DNA from: Lytechinus pictus
Lineage: Eukaryota
Length of the DNA: 64,000 nucleotides
Assembly (NCBI RefSeq): GCF_037042905.1
Contig: NC_087252.1
Span: 22,260,001 to 22,324,000 of the forward strand
Reading direction: 5' to 3'
The number at the start of each line of letters is the position of its first letter. Positions within the stretch are counted from its first letter, which is position 1. The notes beneath the pieces are model-generated. The model saw nothing but the letters and a program-made list of their open reading frames with translations, was not told the origin of the DNA and made no database searches. A program made the translations under genes and the position numbers. This document shows, piece after piece, positions 37,992-50,324 of this stretch.

Positions 37992-40900
37992 GCGAAATTA
38001 TTTTTCCCACCGAGTTCTGGACCAACATATGAATATTCATGACTTGAGTCTTCGGATTGAGAGTACGCATGCGCGTGGACTTGGCCTCGACCAGTGCCGA
38101 TCGTAAGCAAGCATTCACGTTGCTCAGAATGAATTAGCATCGTCAGATTACCGGTACCCTTACATAGTTACATAGGTCTTATAAGCTTAGATCTATATAT
38201 ATATATATATCCAATTCTTAAACACTTAATAAACTAGCTGCCATTAATGGCAAGACATGTGCTAGGGTAGGGCTAGCTTAGGCTAGCGCATTAACTTTAC
38301 CTCAAATCTGGACCTGTATAATGCCTAATACTAATAGGAATAGCCGACTAATACCATGGTTAACTTCGAACTTGTTAATTCCGAACTTTACGTTTGATTA
38401 GGTTTGGACCAATATTAGCTTATTTACCATGGTTTAATATGTCTAGTCTGTATACAGAACCAGTCCTAGATCTAAAATAAATATCTTAGTTCTAGTCTAG
38501 TCTCTGGATCTAGACTCTGATCTACGCGCTATCAGCATGGAACCACTAGTGTACCAAAGGGGGGGGGGGCAGACTGCCCCCCTGACGAGTCACAACTGAT
38601 CCAGGGGACGTGCCCCCCCCCCCTTGAGAAGCCAAATTAATAAAAATGCAACGAAAAAAGACGTATGTCCCCTCTTTTGAACATGAAGATCTTTTTTTTT
38701 TCTTGTCAAATTTTTTTCAGCTACGAAATCCTTAATTTTGGGTGAAGACGGGGATCAAGATCACTGACGTTAATTTGTGCCTGACGTTAGAATACGTTCC
38801 ATGCACGCACTGGTGTACCTATATAGGATTTTCCAAAAGGGGGGCAATTTTTTTAGAGGATATTTCGTCCGCGAAAAAATGTGACAAGCCCCCCCCCCCC
38901 CCCCCCAAAAAAAAAAAAAAAGGGTCTTCACCCCAAATTATGGATTTCTTAGCTGAAAAAAAAATTGACAAGCAAAAAAAAAAAAAAAGATCTTCACGTT
39001 CAAAAAAGGGACATACGTCTTTTTCATTGCATTTTTACATTACAAATTATTAATTTGGCTTCTCAAAGGGGGCACGTCCCCTGAATCAGTTGTGACTCGT
39101 CAGAGGGACAGTCTCCCCCCCCCCCCCTTGGTACACTAGTGGTTCCATGCTGATACAGCGTAGATCAGAGTCTAGATATAGAGACTAGACTAGAACTAAG
39201 ATAAATTTGTTTAAGATCTAGGACTGGTTTTGTAAACGGACTAGACATATTAAGCCATGGCAAATAAGCTAATATTTGTCTAAACCTACTTAAACGTGCA
39301 TGAAGTTCGGAATTAACCAGTTCGAAGTTAACCATGGCATTAGTCGGCTATTCAGTGTTGTAGTCAAGGCTCAAACCTCCAAGGCCAAGGCTTTAATACC
39401 CAAGGCCAAGGCTTCAATACCAAAGGCCAAGGCCAAGGCATGGAAACCCAAGGCCAAGGCATTTCAAACTTACGATATACAGAACAATGAACTAACAATA
39501 CTTAGGCGGCAGACATCACACATGGTAAAATATATGTGAGCGAGGGGACTGAGCGCGAAAATAAATTAACCTTTGTACATTTAAAACAAAAATAATTTCA
39601 TGATAGAGACATATTAAAATAATGATATAGTTACCTGTGTACACATAATCCATAATTTTTCTATAGGCGATTTACATTGCAATAATTATTATTACCACGG
39701 TCATCTGATCCTGGCATTCTCAACGTATGTTTTTCTCCACTCCCTGGGACAGGGGCAGCAGAAAATTATTATGGGGGGGGGGTCAACGCCAAAAAGGCAC
39801 CCATTTATCAAAATGAGTTTTTTTGTGCAAACAGATACATGTATTTTCAAAATGAGATTATGAACTGCGTGAAGTAATTGTGTGTTTTATAGAAATTAAG
39901 TTGAGCAAAGGCTTTCTAAAGTGATTTTTAATGATAAGATAGATATTTTGCTTTAGGTTTTACTTCTCAGCGAGAAAGCATAGCGAGCAAGCGGTTTTGA
40001 AAAAAAAATCAATTCTGATGTTGTAAAACTTGATTTATGGTCAATTATGGGGCTAATCATTGTTGAAATTTCCTTGCGCGATGTTGCCAGCGCGAATCAC
40101 CAGCTCAAACTTCTTGACATGTCGTGTAATAAGACATGGAAATTATTTTATTCTGAGCTGGTTTTGTAATCATGAAAAAGATGTGTATCTAACTAAAAAA
40201 ATAACTTTGCGCTCGCTAATTCTTTTTATATACTGACCAGTAAAGGAAGCAGTTAATTAAGCAGTTAATTACTGCATTTTAAATAAGATACATAACTCAC
40301 CAATAAAAAATAATGCGAGCGCAAAAGGCGAGCTCAAAAATTTGTGATATTCCAACCTGAAAACTGGACATTCTAAGCATTTTTTTGTGAACGGGAAGAG
40401 AACGAGTACAATAATTGATGCGAGTGCAGGAAGCGAGCCAAATATTTGTGATATTTCAACCATAAAGCAACATTCTATACATTTTTGTAACCATTATAGC
40501 AGTAGGCCTACTGTACTAAACAATAATTGATGCAAGCACGATTCAATATCTGTGATTTTCGAACCTAAAATGTATTATGTTTTATTATTAAAGAAGGTAT
40601 TTCTTTTTTTAAAAGGGCATATTTCATTAAGGGGGGGGGGGGGCAAGAGAGCACAAAGCGCAAGCTAAAATTTTCAAATGCTTAAACTGAAAATGAGTCA
40701 TTTTTAGGACTCTTGTCAGTTTTCATATTTTTTTCTGCTTACAACCACTTTCATTAAACAGTTAATTAATCATTAATTATTAATACTTATTGATAATATT
40801 AATAATTATTAATTATTAAATTATTTTTTGTTAATTATTATTTCTTGAAACCATATTGACACAAAAACAAATACGTTGTTTATTTCCTTGAAACTGTAGA

Positions 40901-42669
40901 GAAATGAGATTCAATGTTGAACGATATTTGTTTTGCGTTTAGTATTTGTCCTGTCTTGTCCAAGTGATTGTCTGTTCACACACTCCTGAACTCATGTATT
41001 TTTTTTTATACAGCAGGGGTATATATGATATAATATTTTTTGTTAATTGTAACATAGTAGGCATAAAAAGCTTGACCCCACTAGTATTCTTTTTCATTGT
41101 ACAAACCTTTTTAATTTACGATTTGAATTTCATTGATCAAAGATATACTTTAATTAACTATTTATTGCAGGGAACCCATACTAACAAGCTTTGCTTTCCA
41201 GTGGGTTCCCTTTTTTCATTTCTGTATATTATACTTTTGTGTTTTGCTATACATTGTAACTTTTGTAAAATTTTGGAATGAAAAAGAATAAATGCAATCA
41301 ATCAATATATGATTAAAAAGATGTAAACATTTTTTCCCCTTTGTTTTGTCAATCTGACCCAAAACAAATATAAAATTTAGAAGAGAGATAGAGAGAAGAA
41401 GAAGTCCCACCACCAAGAATAAACTTAGACAAGGGGGGAAGGGAAAGGAAAAGATGGAGTAAATGTGATATTATTTTTTTAAACAATCTATTGCAAAATT
41501 AGCTTTTCTTATAGAAAGAGGGGGACAAATTTTGTTCACTCGCTCGCTTCAATCGCTTTCTTCTTTTTTTTGACATAAATTTTGCTCTATATATGCCATG
41601 CTTGGCCCCTCAAAGTTTCTGGCTCATCATGCCATTGACATAACCCATTTGGATATGACAAAATTGGAGACTGTGTTCAAGTTTACCAAATCTTTTCAGA
41701 ATATCGTTAAGACTTAAAACATTCTTGTTGGCCAAAGAAAATAATACAAGGAAAATCGTAATGGAATAGAAATCAACCTTGTTATTTAGAGTTAGCTATG
41801 TTTAAAGTATGAAAATTGTTGTCAAAATTGCAGTCAGATGTAAAAATTATTCTTGTCATCAAAGCACTATTATCTTGATCACGACCATTATTATTTACTG
41901 TCATTATCATCATATGATTACAACACATTACCAATACATAATGCTATTTTTCATAACTGATGTATTCTTTGTTTGAATTTCTTGATAATGGTGACAATTA
42001 CAATTGATGACACTGCTAGTACACTTACTACTGCTGCTGCTACTGTTACTGGTGATTGGTAGTATTGACCATTATTGTTATTAAATATATATTAAAAAAA
42101 ACAATTGAAACATTTATAATTACTTATTTAAAACAAATGAAAGTACAAAATACAAAATGCCTTGAAAAAGCCTTGAAAATGCCTTGAAAATGCCTTAAAA
42201 TTTCAAGGCTCAAACTCCTCAAGGCCAAGGCCCTCTCAAAGCCAATGCTTTGAAAAAGTAGCTAGGCATTAAGGCGCCTTTAAAGAAGGCCAAGGCCGAG
42301 CATCAAGGCACTACAACACTGATTAGTACTAGGCATTAATTAGACAGGTCCAGATTTGAGGTAAAGTTAATGCGCTAGCCTAAGCTAGCCCTACCCTAGC
42401 ACATGTCTTGCCATTAATGGCAGCTAGTTTATTAAGTGTTTAAGAATTGGATATATATATATATATAGATCTAAGCCTATAAGACCAATGTAACTATGTA
42501 AGGGTACCGGTAATCTGACGATGCTAATTCATTCTGAGCAACGTGAATGCTTGCTTACGATCGGCACTGGTCGAGGCCAAGTCCACGCGCATGCGTACTC
42601 TCAATCCGAAGACTCAAGTCATGAATATTCATATGTTGGTCCAGAACTCGGTGGGAAAAATAATTTCGC
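37992..42669. mobile_element. MULE/Mutator-like foldback element with 9-bp TSD
   Basis: Termini GCGAAATTATTTTTCCCACC / GGTGGGAAAAATAATTTCGC. TSD ggcccgtac at 37983-37991 and 42670-42678. Left arm 37992-~38750; right arm ~38925-39352 plus 42322-42669. Confidence 0.88.
39353..42321. mobile_element. hAT-like non-autonomous element nested in the foldback's right arm
   Basis: TIRs cagtgttgtagt / actacaacactg. Subterminal aaggcc arrays at both ends and gccttgaaaat repeats. No clean 8-bp TSD. Confidence 0.75.
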
Positions 42670-42819
42670 GGCCCGTACGGCCGCATCCACCACTTAGGAC
42701 ACGGCAGACGCCCCATTCATTGGGTTGTGTGATATGGGGAATCACGTCATTAACATGAAAATTGTCTACCTTTTCAGCTATGCTAACCCCTGCTGGCTCC
42801 CGTACTATAACTTAAAAAC

Positions 42820-45800
42820 TTGAAGAAAAGAAACGCATGTATAAGAAAGCGATTAGAAATGTCAAATCAGAATTTTATTATAATCTGCACCAAGAGCTAA
42901 GAGGTTTGAAAGAGAAACGACCTCGTGAATATTGGAAACTTATCAATTTATCATGTACGTCTAAAGGAACGCTTGGAAATATTGAAATTGAAGCATTTCG
43001 TGAACATTTCAGAAACTTAAATCAATATCACAAATAAAGAAATAGTGAAATAATCATTCAATCGCCAACAAGTAATGTCGTTTTAAATAGACCAATTCAA
43101 AGAGATGAGGTAATCACTCAGTTGAAAACAATTATAAACCGGTAATGCGCATGGTGAAGATTTGATACCGAATGAATATTTGAAGAACTCAACTAATTCT
43201 CTGCTTCATTTTATTCTTGAATTATTCAATACTGTGTTTGAAAGTGGAATTGTACCAACAGATCGGACTATTGGTTTAATACGGCCAATTTACAAGAAGA
43301 AGGGGAAACCCGAAGATCCAAACAATTATAGAGGTATCACTTTATTGAGTTGTCTGGGTAAACTATTCACAGCTGTTTTAAATCATCGACTGAATTTATA
43401 TTTAGAAGACTGTGAAAAGATTGGAAATGAAGAAGCTGGGTTTAGGAGTAATCATTCAACGCTAGATCACATTTTTAAATTTACATTCGTTACTTGAATT
43501 ATACCTGTTTGGCAGAGAAAGGGTATATTGTGCGTTTAACGATTATCGTATTAAAGGCGTTTGATATTGTTGATAGGACATCACTTTGGAACCAATTACT
43601 TTTAAGTGATATAAATAGAAACCTTTTCAAAGTGGATAATAATTTGTACACACAAGCTTAATCGTGTGTTATCAAAGGTGAAATATCAAGCCTATTCGAC
43701 TGTAATATAGGAGTACGTCAAGGAGAAAATTTATCCCCATTACTATTTGCTATGTTCATAAATGATTTTAAAGAATTTATCAGTGAACGATATGATGGTC
43801 TTGATGTCTTACCTGAGAAGCTTCAGTCATCATTACTAAATCATGGAATTGATGTGTACATGAAGTTATTTACATGACTATATGCAGATGATACCATTGT
43901 CCTTGCCAAATTTGAACAAGAACTTCAATGTGCGCTCAATGCAGTATCAGATTATTGGAAAAGATGGTATTTAAATGTGAATATAGACAAGACGAAAATT
44001 TTTATATTCTCCCGTGGCAAAGTGAGGAAAACTGGTTCATTTACATTTAATAACCAGGCTCTTGAAGTAGTAGATGACCAGAAGCGGATCTAGAGGGGGT
44101 TTCAACCCCCCCCCCCCCCAAAAAAAAAAAAAATCCGGGGACCATTTTTTTAAATCTTATCTTTTTTTTAACTTGTAATTTTATTTTATTATATTTCTAT
44201 GTATTTATTTCATTTATTATTATTATTATTATTATTAGATGCAAGAAAACGCCATTTTCACACACAGATTTTCAAAAATTTTCCCTAGGGAGGGGGGACA
44301 CCCCCCTCCCACACCCTCCCCCTCGCTCGCTCCGCTCGCTTGGACTCGGTCGCTACGCTCCCTCGCATACCACCCCAACCCCCCCCCTTTATAAAAAGCT
44401 GGATCCGCCCCTGATGACTATGTATATCTTGGAATTACCTTCAATTATAATAATTCATTTCGGAAAGCTCAAGCTAAACAACTGAATCAAGCAAGAAGAG
44501 CAATGTATAGCATGTTCAATAAGATTTATCATCTTGATTTACCAGTGGATATCCAAATTGAATTATTTGATCAACTTGTTTTACCGATACTCCTCTATGG
44601 GTCAGAAATATGGGGTTTTGATGTGATTAGAGATCTAGAAGTGTTTCACATGAAATTTTGCAAGCAGATTCTTAAAGTTAATAAATCAACGGCAAACTGC
44701 ATGGTTTTAGGCGAACTTGGAAGATTCAAATTAGATAAATATATTGAGAATAAAATGATAAACTTCTGGTGTGGATTAGTTCACAGTAGTAAAACAAAAA
44801 TGCCTGGTATGATTTATGAGATTGTAAAGATACTTTCTGATCAAGGTATATATCAGACAAATTGGTTAACAAAGAAAAAGCAAACTCCTGATAGATTGGG
44901 CATGACGAATTTATTTGACATTTCTGATTCCTCGAGCAGAAATTGGGTAAAGCAAGCTGTAAATCTATGAATAAAGGGTTCACAGTTGCAAAATTGGTTT
45001 ACGTTCATAAACGAAAACTCTCAGTGCATTAACTACAGAATATTCAAAGAAAATCTTCGTTTAGAAAGTTACCTCATCAATATAAATAAAAAAGATAGAA
45101 TCACTTTTTGTAGATTCCGCTGTGGAAATCATCGGCTTCCTATTGTCTGAGGAAGATATGAAAACCGTCAAAGAAACATGAGGCTTTGTACATTATGTAA
45201 CTTTCAATCAATTGGTGATGAATTTTACTATATATTCGTTTGTCCTTCTTTTGCTAAAGAGAGAAATTTTCATCTTAAAAAAATATTACACTGATAGATC
45301 GAATACACTAAAAATGAATCAGCTATTTAACTGTGAAAAACCAGAAATCTGTTCCAACCTTGTAAAATTTTGCAAGAAAATTATGCTTCGTTTCTAAATA
45401 AGTTATGCTCGAAATTCAATATTTTGAGCTGTTAATTGAATAGTGGTTTAACAGCCAATGATATGCTTATGCCATTACTTGCCTTTTATTAAACAAATGT
45501 TTATGCTAATTATAATGTTAATAAGCAGGATTTTAAAACTTTAATTTATCCATTATCTCATCTGTAGGCCTAATTATCAAATTTTCTAAACTCTGACACG
45601 CTCGAAATATGATATATTGAGCTTTTTTTTAAAGGATGTGGTTTAATATCCAACGATAATGTCGTTACTAAAATTTTTCTTTATTTTTTTAAATTATATG
45701 TAAACTTTGATTATATTTTTGAAGCTTCAAGGTAATATTTCAAACGTAATTATAAAATTATTTTAATGCTAAAATTTGTATTCTTTTTAATATTTTTTTT

Positions 45801-45900
45801 CTAAATGTACTCTAAATGATTTGTAAATTACTTGATGAAATACTATTTAAGATTTTGTACATTTATATGATTATTTCTCCAATACCCACTCTCTGGGTGA
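42820..45900 (+). mobile_element. 5'-truncated, decayed RTE-X-like LINE
   Basis: RT motifs PIYKKKG..DPNNYRGITLLSCLGKLF, GFR..HSTLDHIF, GVRQGENLSPLLF, YADD and YLG. C-terminal RCGNHRLP...C..C...GDEF zinc motif. Multiple stops and frameshifts. Boundaries approximate. Confidence 0.85.
44079..44413. mobile_element. MITE with CAG..CTG ends and 5-bp TSD inserted in the RT
   Basis: cagaagcggatc ... gatccgcccctg. TSD atgac at 44074-44078 and 44414-44418. Removing the element and one TSD copy restores EVVDDYVYLG. Confidence 0.88.
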
Positions 45901-46099
45901 CATGGGATGTCATTGTCATTGTCACCAATGCAAGCATGTCCAGCAGCCTCCCCCTTTCTCCTCTCTCTCTCTCTTTCACGCCACCTAACTTACTCCCTCC
46001 CTCTCTTGCTCTTAATTGCATACTCATATTTTTTCTCTCTTTAATATTTTATTTTATCATAAATTAGATTGCAACGTTCTATGTTATTTATTCCTCCTT

Positions 46100-46117
46100 C
46101 TAACACTTTTTTTACAG
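46100..46117 (+). other. Branch point and splice acceptor upstream of the TRIM-like CDS
   Basis: ctaac + acttttttt + acag, ending 28 nt before the ATG. Confidence 0.65.
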
Positions 46118-46145
46118 CTATCATTCCCATCTCCTTCTTTTCACT

Positions 46146-47921
46146 ATGGCGTCGAAATTCGGGTCAGGAAATGGCGTCGTTTGTGAAGAAGCTGACTGCA
46201 ATTCGATTTCTGATGTGACGTTTGTTGTTAAAGAGAAGAAGAATCTCTGTCATGACTGCGCCTTGAAAAAAGATTGCACCGGAATAGCACAAAGAGGTGG
46301 GCTTAACATGCCTTGTGAGAAACATGATAAATTAATTGATCTATATTGCAAAACTCATGGCGTACCTTTATGTACTTCAGGCGCTCTGATAGATCACAGC
46401 CAACAACAATGTGTGAAACAGGACGTACAGGACGCACTCCAAGAAATTAAAGCAACTCTCGGCATCCTCAACAAAAAAGTGATCGTCAGATTAGAGAAGC
46501 ATCGAAACATAGCAATTGACATTTGTGAGAGTGGACAAAACGCACACAAACATCTGCAAAGTATTAAGGATGAGGTTGATTCCGAAAAAAAAAACGCGAT
46601 CGAAAGAGACAAAGTCAAGGAAAAAGCAGATGCTGAAAAAATCGACGAGGAGAAAATGCAAAAGTATGAGAGAGAGATGTGGCATGAAGAAAATCGCTCG
46701 ACTGCAGAGAAAAGACGGGAACTGATAAACGATAAACAACGCGATCTTCATGCTGACATTCAGAAGATCGCTCGAGAGATCGACAGAAAGATTGGAAATC
46801 TTGAGGAATCATGGCGCGACGACAAAAACTCATTAGAGAGAGCCAAAGAGACACTGGATAGAGTTCTCGAAGGTGATGAAAATATTGTGAAAGATGGACA
46901 TCGTGTGAATGCATTAGTGAGTGAAGAACTACAGAAGCAATTGAATGAATGTGAGGTGAAACAAATTAATCGTCTTGTATCACGTGTGAGGTTTGTGAAG
47001 GGTGTTGGGAGAGAGAAGTATGATGGAAGAATTGATGGGTATGATGGAGAGTGGAAGCTCATTGATACAATCAGGGTCCCAGATGAAATCAAATTCCCCT
47101 GCATTGTAGGATGTATAGATGAAGATAAGGTGATGATCACAGATGTAATGCGAGATGCGCCTAGGCATACCTACACATTTGATTTGAAGAAGAAAACCAC
47201 ACAGAGAGTGATAAACGGCAGTTATACATCATGGATAATCTCGTGTGCAGTACTGAATGATGGCAAGGTAGTATGTGGTAGATACATCAAAGGTTGTACG
47301 GGAGACAGTCTACTTGGGTGCATCAGTGTATACGACAGGCAGTGGTATCACATGAATGACATCACAATACCAAGAAACGGGACGCTTACTGAAGCATGGG
47401 TGCGCGTTGCAATCGATCAGGATGGGATGATCATGGCTGCTGAAGAGGGTCAGTCTATGATATATATAATAAATCCAGCTGACTGTAAAATCGATCCCGA
47501 TCCCAACACGACACATAAAGGGAATATAGTAATGTACGATGTGCTGTCATCAGGTCACATCATCGCTCTCCCCATGGATCGCAGAGCGCTCTTCGTTGAC
47601 AGAAAGGATGATCATAGGGAAATATCCCATAGTGTTGACATCCTGAATGTGTGCGTTGATCGTATAACAGACGACATCTACGTTGTGACATCAGATGATG
47701 AGAAAAAGACGTGTGTGATTGATCAAGTGATGAGTAAGGGTGATATGAAAAAGAGAAGAGTAGCATCATTCCCTTTAGCCCATCCTACAACAGATCGAGA
47801 TAAAAAATGCTATCGCCATAATAAACTGTGCGGATCTCGAGTGATAATGACGTCATCAGGAAACATGATGGCTTGTGATGAAGTTAATGTTTACATATTC
47901 AAAAAGGTATTTGTCCTTTAG
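46146..47921 (+). CDS. B-box / coiled-coil / beta-propeller (TRIM-NHL-like, RING-less) protein, 591 aa, single coding exon
   Basis: Long open frame in AT-rich DNA. N-terminal CEEADC...CHDC, a B-box2-like CEKH...LYCKTH..PLC....DH...C, a helical K/E-rich region (aa ~95-280), and beta-rich repeats (VAIDQDGMIMAAE..IYII, VCVD..TDDIYVV). Confidence 0.8.
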   Translation: MASKFGSGNGVVCEEADCNSISDVTFVVKEKKNLCHDCALKKDCTGIAQRGGLNMPCEKHDKLIDLYCKTHGVPLCTSGALIDHSQQQCVKQDVQDALQEIKATLGILNKKVIVRLEKHRNIAIDICESGQNAHKHLQSIKDEVDSEKKNAIERDKVKEKADAEKIDEEKMQKYEREMWHEENRSTAEKRRELINDKQRDLHADIQKIAREIDRKIGNLEESWRDDKNSLERAKETLDRVLEGDENIVKDGHRVNALVSEELQKQLNECEVKQINRLVSRVRFVKGVGREKYDGRIDGYDGEWKLIDTIRVPDEIKFPCIVGCIDEDKVMITDVMRDAPRHTYTFDLKKKTTQRVINGSYTSWIISCAVLNDGKVVCGRYIKGCTGDSLLGCISVYDRQWYHMNDITIPRNGTLTEAWVRVAIDQDGMIMAAEEGQSMIYIINPADCKIDPDPNTTHKGNIVMYDVLSSGHIIALPMDRRALFVDRKDDHREISHSVDILNVCVDRITDDIYVVTSDDEKKTCVIDQVMSKGDMKKRRVASFPLAHPTTDRDKKCYRHNKLCGSRVIMTSSGNMMACDEVNVYIFKKVFVL

Positions 47922-47951
47922 ACCATGACGGACGAATCATAATAGGATGGG

Positions 47952-48170
47952 GGTTGGGTGTCCGGACACGTAACAAAAATAAGCCTTTTTTTTTGTATTT
48001 GGATTAAACAAAAACTGTGCATTCATGAGTGCTAATCATCTTCAATATTTTTATCTATACTATTGTCTAACATTTTGTGCTAAAAAATTTAAGGGATTTG
48101 AATTGTGAACTTTTTCAATTGGCTGTTTAAAATCGATTGTCCGGATACACAACCTGTCTGGACACCCAAC
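47952..48170. mobile_element. Small MITE
   Basis: gttgggtgtccggaca ... tgtctggacacccaac inverted termini. Confidence 0.6.
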
Positions 48171-48405
48171 AACTGGGTATACTGAAAAAAATAACATCAT
48201 ATTGGGGATGTTTATACTTCTTACCATTGCATGTTTTCAATTTGAAATAAATAGCACTGTAGGAAACCGCACGATTTCTTTTTTTGGAAAAGCCTATTAT
48301 TGGAAACCTGTCATGATTATGTTGTTTAATTATACATGTTGTATCAAAATTCTTCATATCAGATCACACGTATGCTCTCTTGGTTTGAGTGACAATTGAC
48401 ATATA

Positions 48406-49185
48406 CAGTGCGTCCCAGAAAAAATGAAACCGAGATTTAGCGATAATTTATCATAACTTAATCATATATAAAATAGACAAATGTCCTACCAATGTAAAGC
48501 TTAGAATCTCCTCTTTCATCTGGTGTTACTTAGATTATTCTCATTCACGCATGAGTGAGCAAAAACAATTCGAAGAAACGATGCCAAAAACTCATTTGGC
48601 GGGGGTATCTGAATTTCAAAAAGAAAATCAAGAAGAAGAAGTTCAATTTCTGCTCTTTTCTCTGATACCTTAATCACAAAAAATGGTCAAGAAGTAAAAA
48701 AGTTATGAACCTTTGAAACAATGCTTGTATTTCCATAATTTCATTAAATAAACGTGTTTTCACCAGTTTCACAGAAGCTATCGCACGGTAATGCATGGTT
48801 GATCGTCGACAAAACGGAATGTCGAGTGAGTTTGAACGCTAGCCTGTAAAACTTCTTCATTTTATGAAATTATTGAAATTCAAGCCTTATTTCAAATAAC
48901 CAGTACTTTGTTATTTCTTGATCATTTTCTGTAATTGAGGTATCAATTTAAAGACCAGATATTGAACTTTTTAAAAGTGTGGTTTTCTTTCTAAAACCCA
49001 GATACGGCCCGCCAAGTGACTTTTTGGTATCCCTTTTTAAAATTGTTTTTGCTCACTCGTACGTGAATGAGAAATAATGTAAGTAATAACAAATGAAAGA
49101 GGAGATTCTAAGCTTTATTGTATTTGTGATTAAGTTATGATAAATCATCGACAAATCTCGGTTTCGTTTTTTGTGGGACGCACTG
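48406..49185. mobile_element. Tc1/mariner-type MITE (TA TSD)
   Basis: ta|cagtgcgtccca...tgggacgcactg|ta with long imperfect TIRs. A second copy lies at 61726-62486. Confidence 0.88.
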
Positions 49186-49554
49186 TATATTTGTAGAGCA
49201 GATTTTTATTTACGATACACGTGCATTTTTTTTATTTGATTTCATTTTACCATGTGGTATTGAACAGTTTACAGTCATGTTACCCATTTATATTTTGTTA
49301 TCATGCCGTTTTTATTAACATTATTACCCTAACATTTGTATTATATCTATCACGATCTTATAAATCAGCACATAAGCATCAAATGCATGTTGAGTTTTTT
49401 TTCTTGATTCAGCAATGAAAATGAAAATTACATGAAGCGTTTTACTCTTATGCCGGTCAAATACAGTAGATGAAATATTCTGAAAGGATTGATTTATACA
49501 TTGTATCACATTTTCCTCCTGAAACTTACGCTTATAACCCAAACAATAATATTT

Positions 49555-50324
49555 GACGAGCTGACTTGCAAAAGGGGTTAGGTCCATTTTTCATCAAATT
49601 CGATTTTTTTGTCTCAATGTATAGATTTTTAGTAGCTCTATATAAGATGAAATTCTCATTAAAAAGTGATCTAAAATGGCAAAGAATTTTTTTAATTTTC
49701 AAAAGGGGTTAGGTCCATTTCAGTTAAGTTGAAAAAGGGGTTAGGTCCTCACAGAATTTTTTGGGAAAAGAATATTTTAAAAGATATGAAGGCAGGTAGA
49801 ATTCTGTTATAGCCAATTTAACGTTCTCATGGTAGGATGTCAAGAAAATTTAGTTTCGCATAAGAATACTGCAATATGGGAGAAAAAATGATTTTCTTGG
49901 AGCGGACCTAACCCCTTTTGCAAACAAACTCTTCTGAAGAACTTATTTGTCAAAAGGGGTTAGGTCCATTATTTATAAATTTTGTTGTTTTCTTTCTCAA
50001 AAACTCTAATTTTTTGTCGCTCTGGTGAAAACAAAGAAAATTTGGAAATCACATGAAAACGTTAATAAAAGTGGCAAAGAAAAATCACATTTTCAATAAA
50101 AAAAGATTGGATTCATTTAAGTTTACTTGGAAAAGGGGTTAGGTCCACAATGATGATTTTTAAAAGAATCTATTATAAAAAAAATTGAAGACAGGTAGAT
50201 TTCTTTTATACCCAATTTTATGTCTTCAATTTTTTTATATAGATTCTTTTAAAAATCATCATTGTGGACCTAACCCCTTTTCCAAGTAAACTGAAATTAA
50301 TCCAATCTTTTTTTATTGAAAATG
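49555..50324. mobile_element. Two adjacent copies of a MITE carrying aaaaggggttaggtcc repeats (49555-49934 complete; 49936-50324 rearranged)
   Basis: TIRs gacgagctgacttgcaaaaggggttaggtcc / ggacctaaccccttttgcaaacaaactcttc. The second copy starts gaagaacttatttgtcaaaagggg. Confidence 0.7.

Noticed and set aside
39300..39539. KAKA-repeat ORF
   Set aside because: Translation of the aaggcc subterminal array of the hAT-like element.
46394..47769. Antisense ORFs overlapping the TRIM-like CDS
   Set aside because: Shadow frames of the real gene with no independent features.
49570..50282. Telomere-like ggggttagg motifs (also tagggttagggtt near 7786)
   Set aside because: Isolated motifs within a MITE, or only two units long. 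Not a TTAGGG array.
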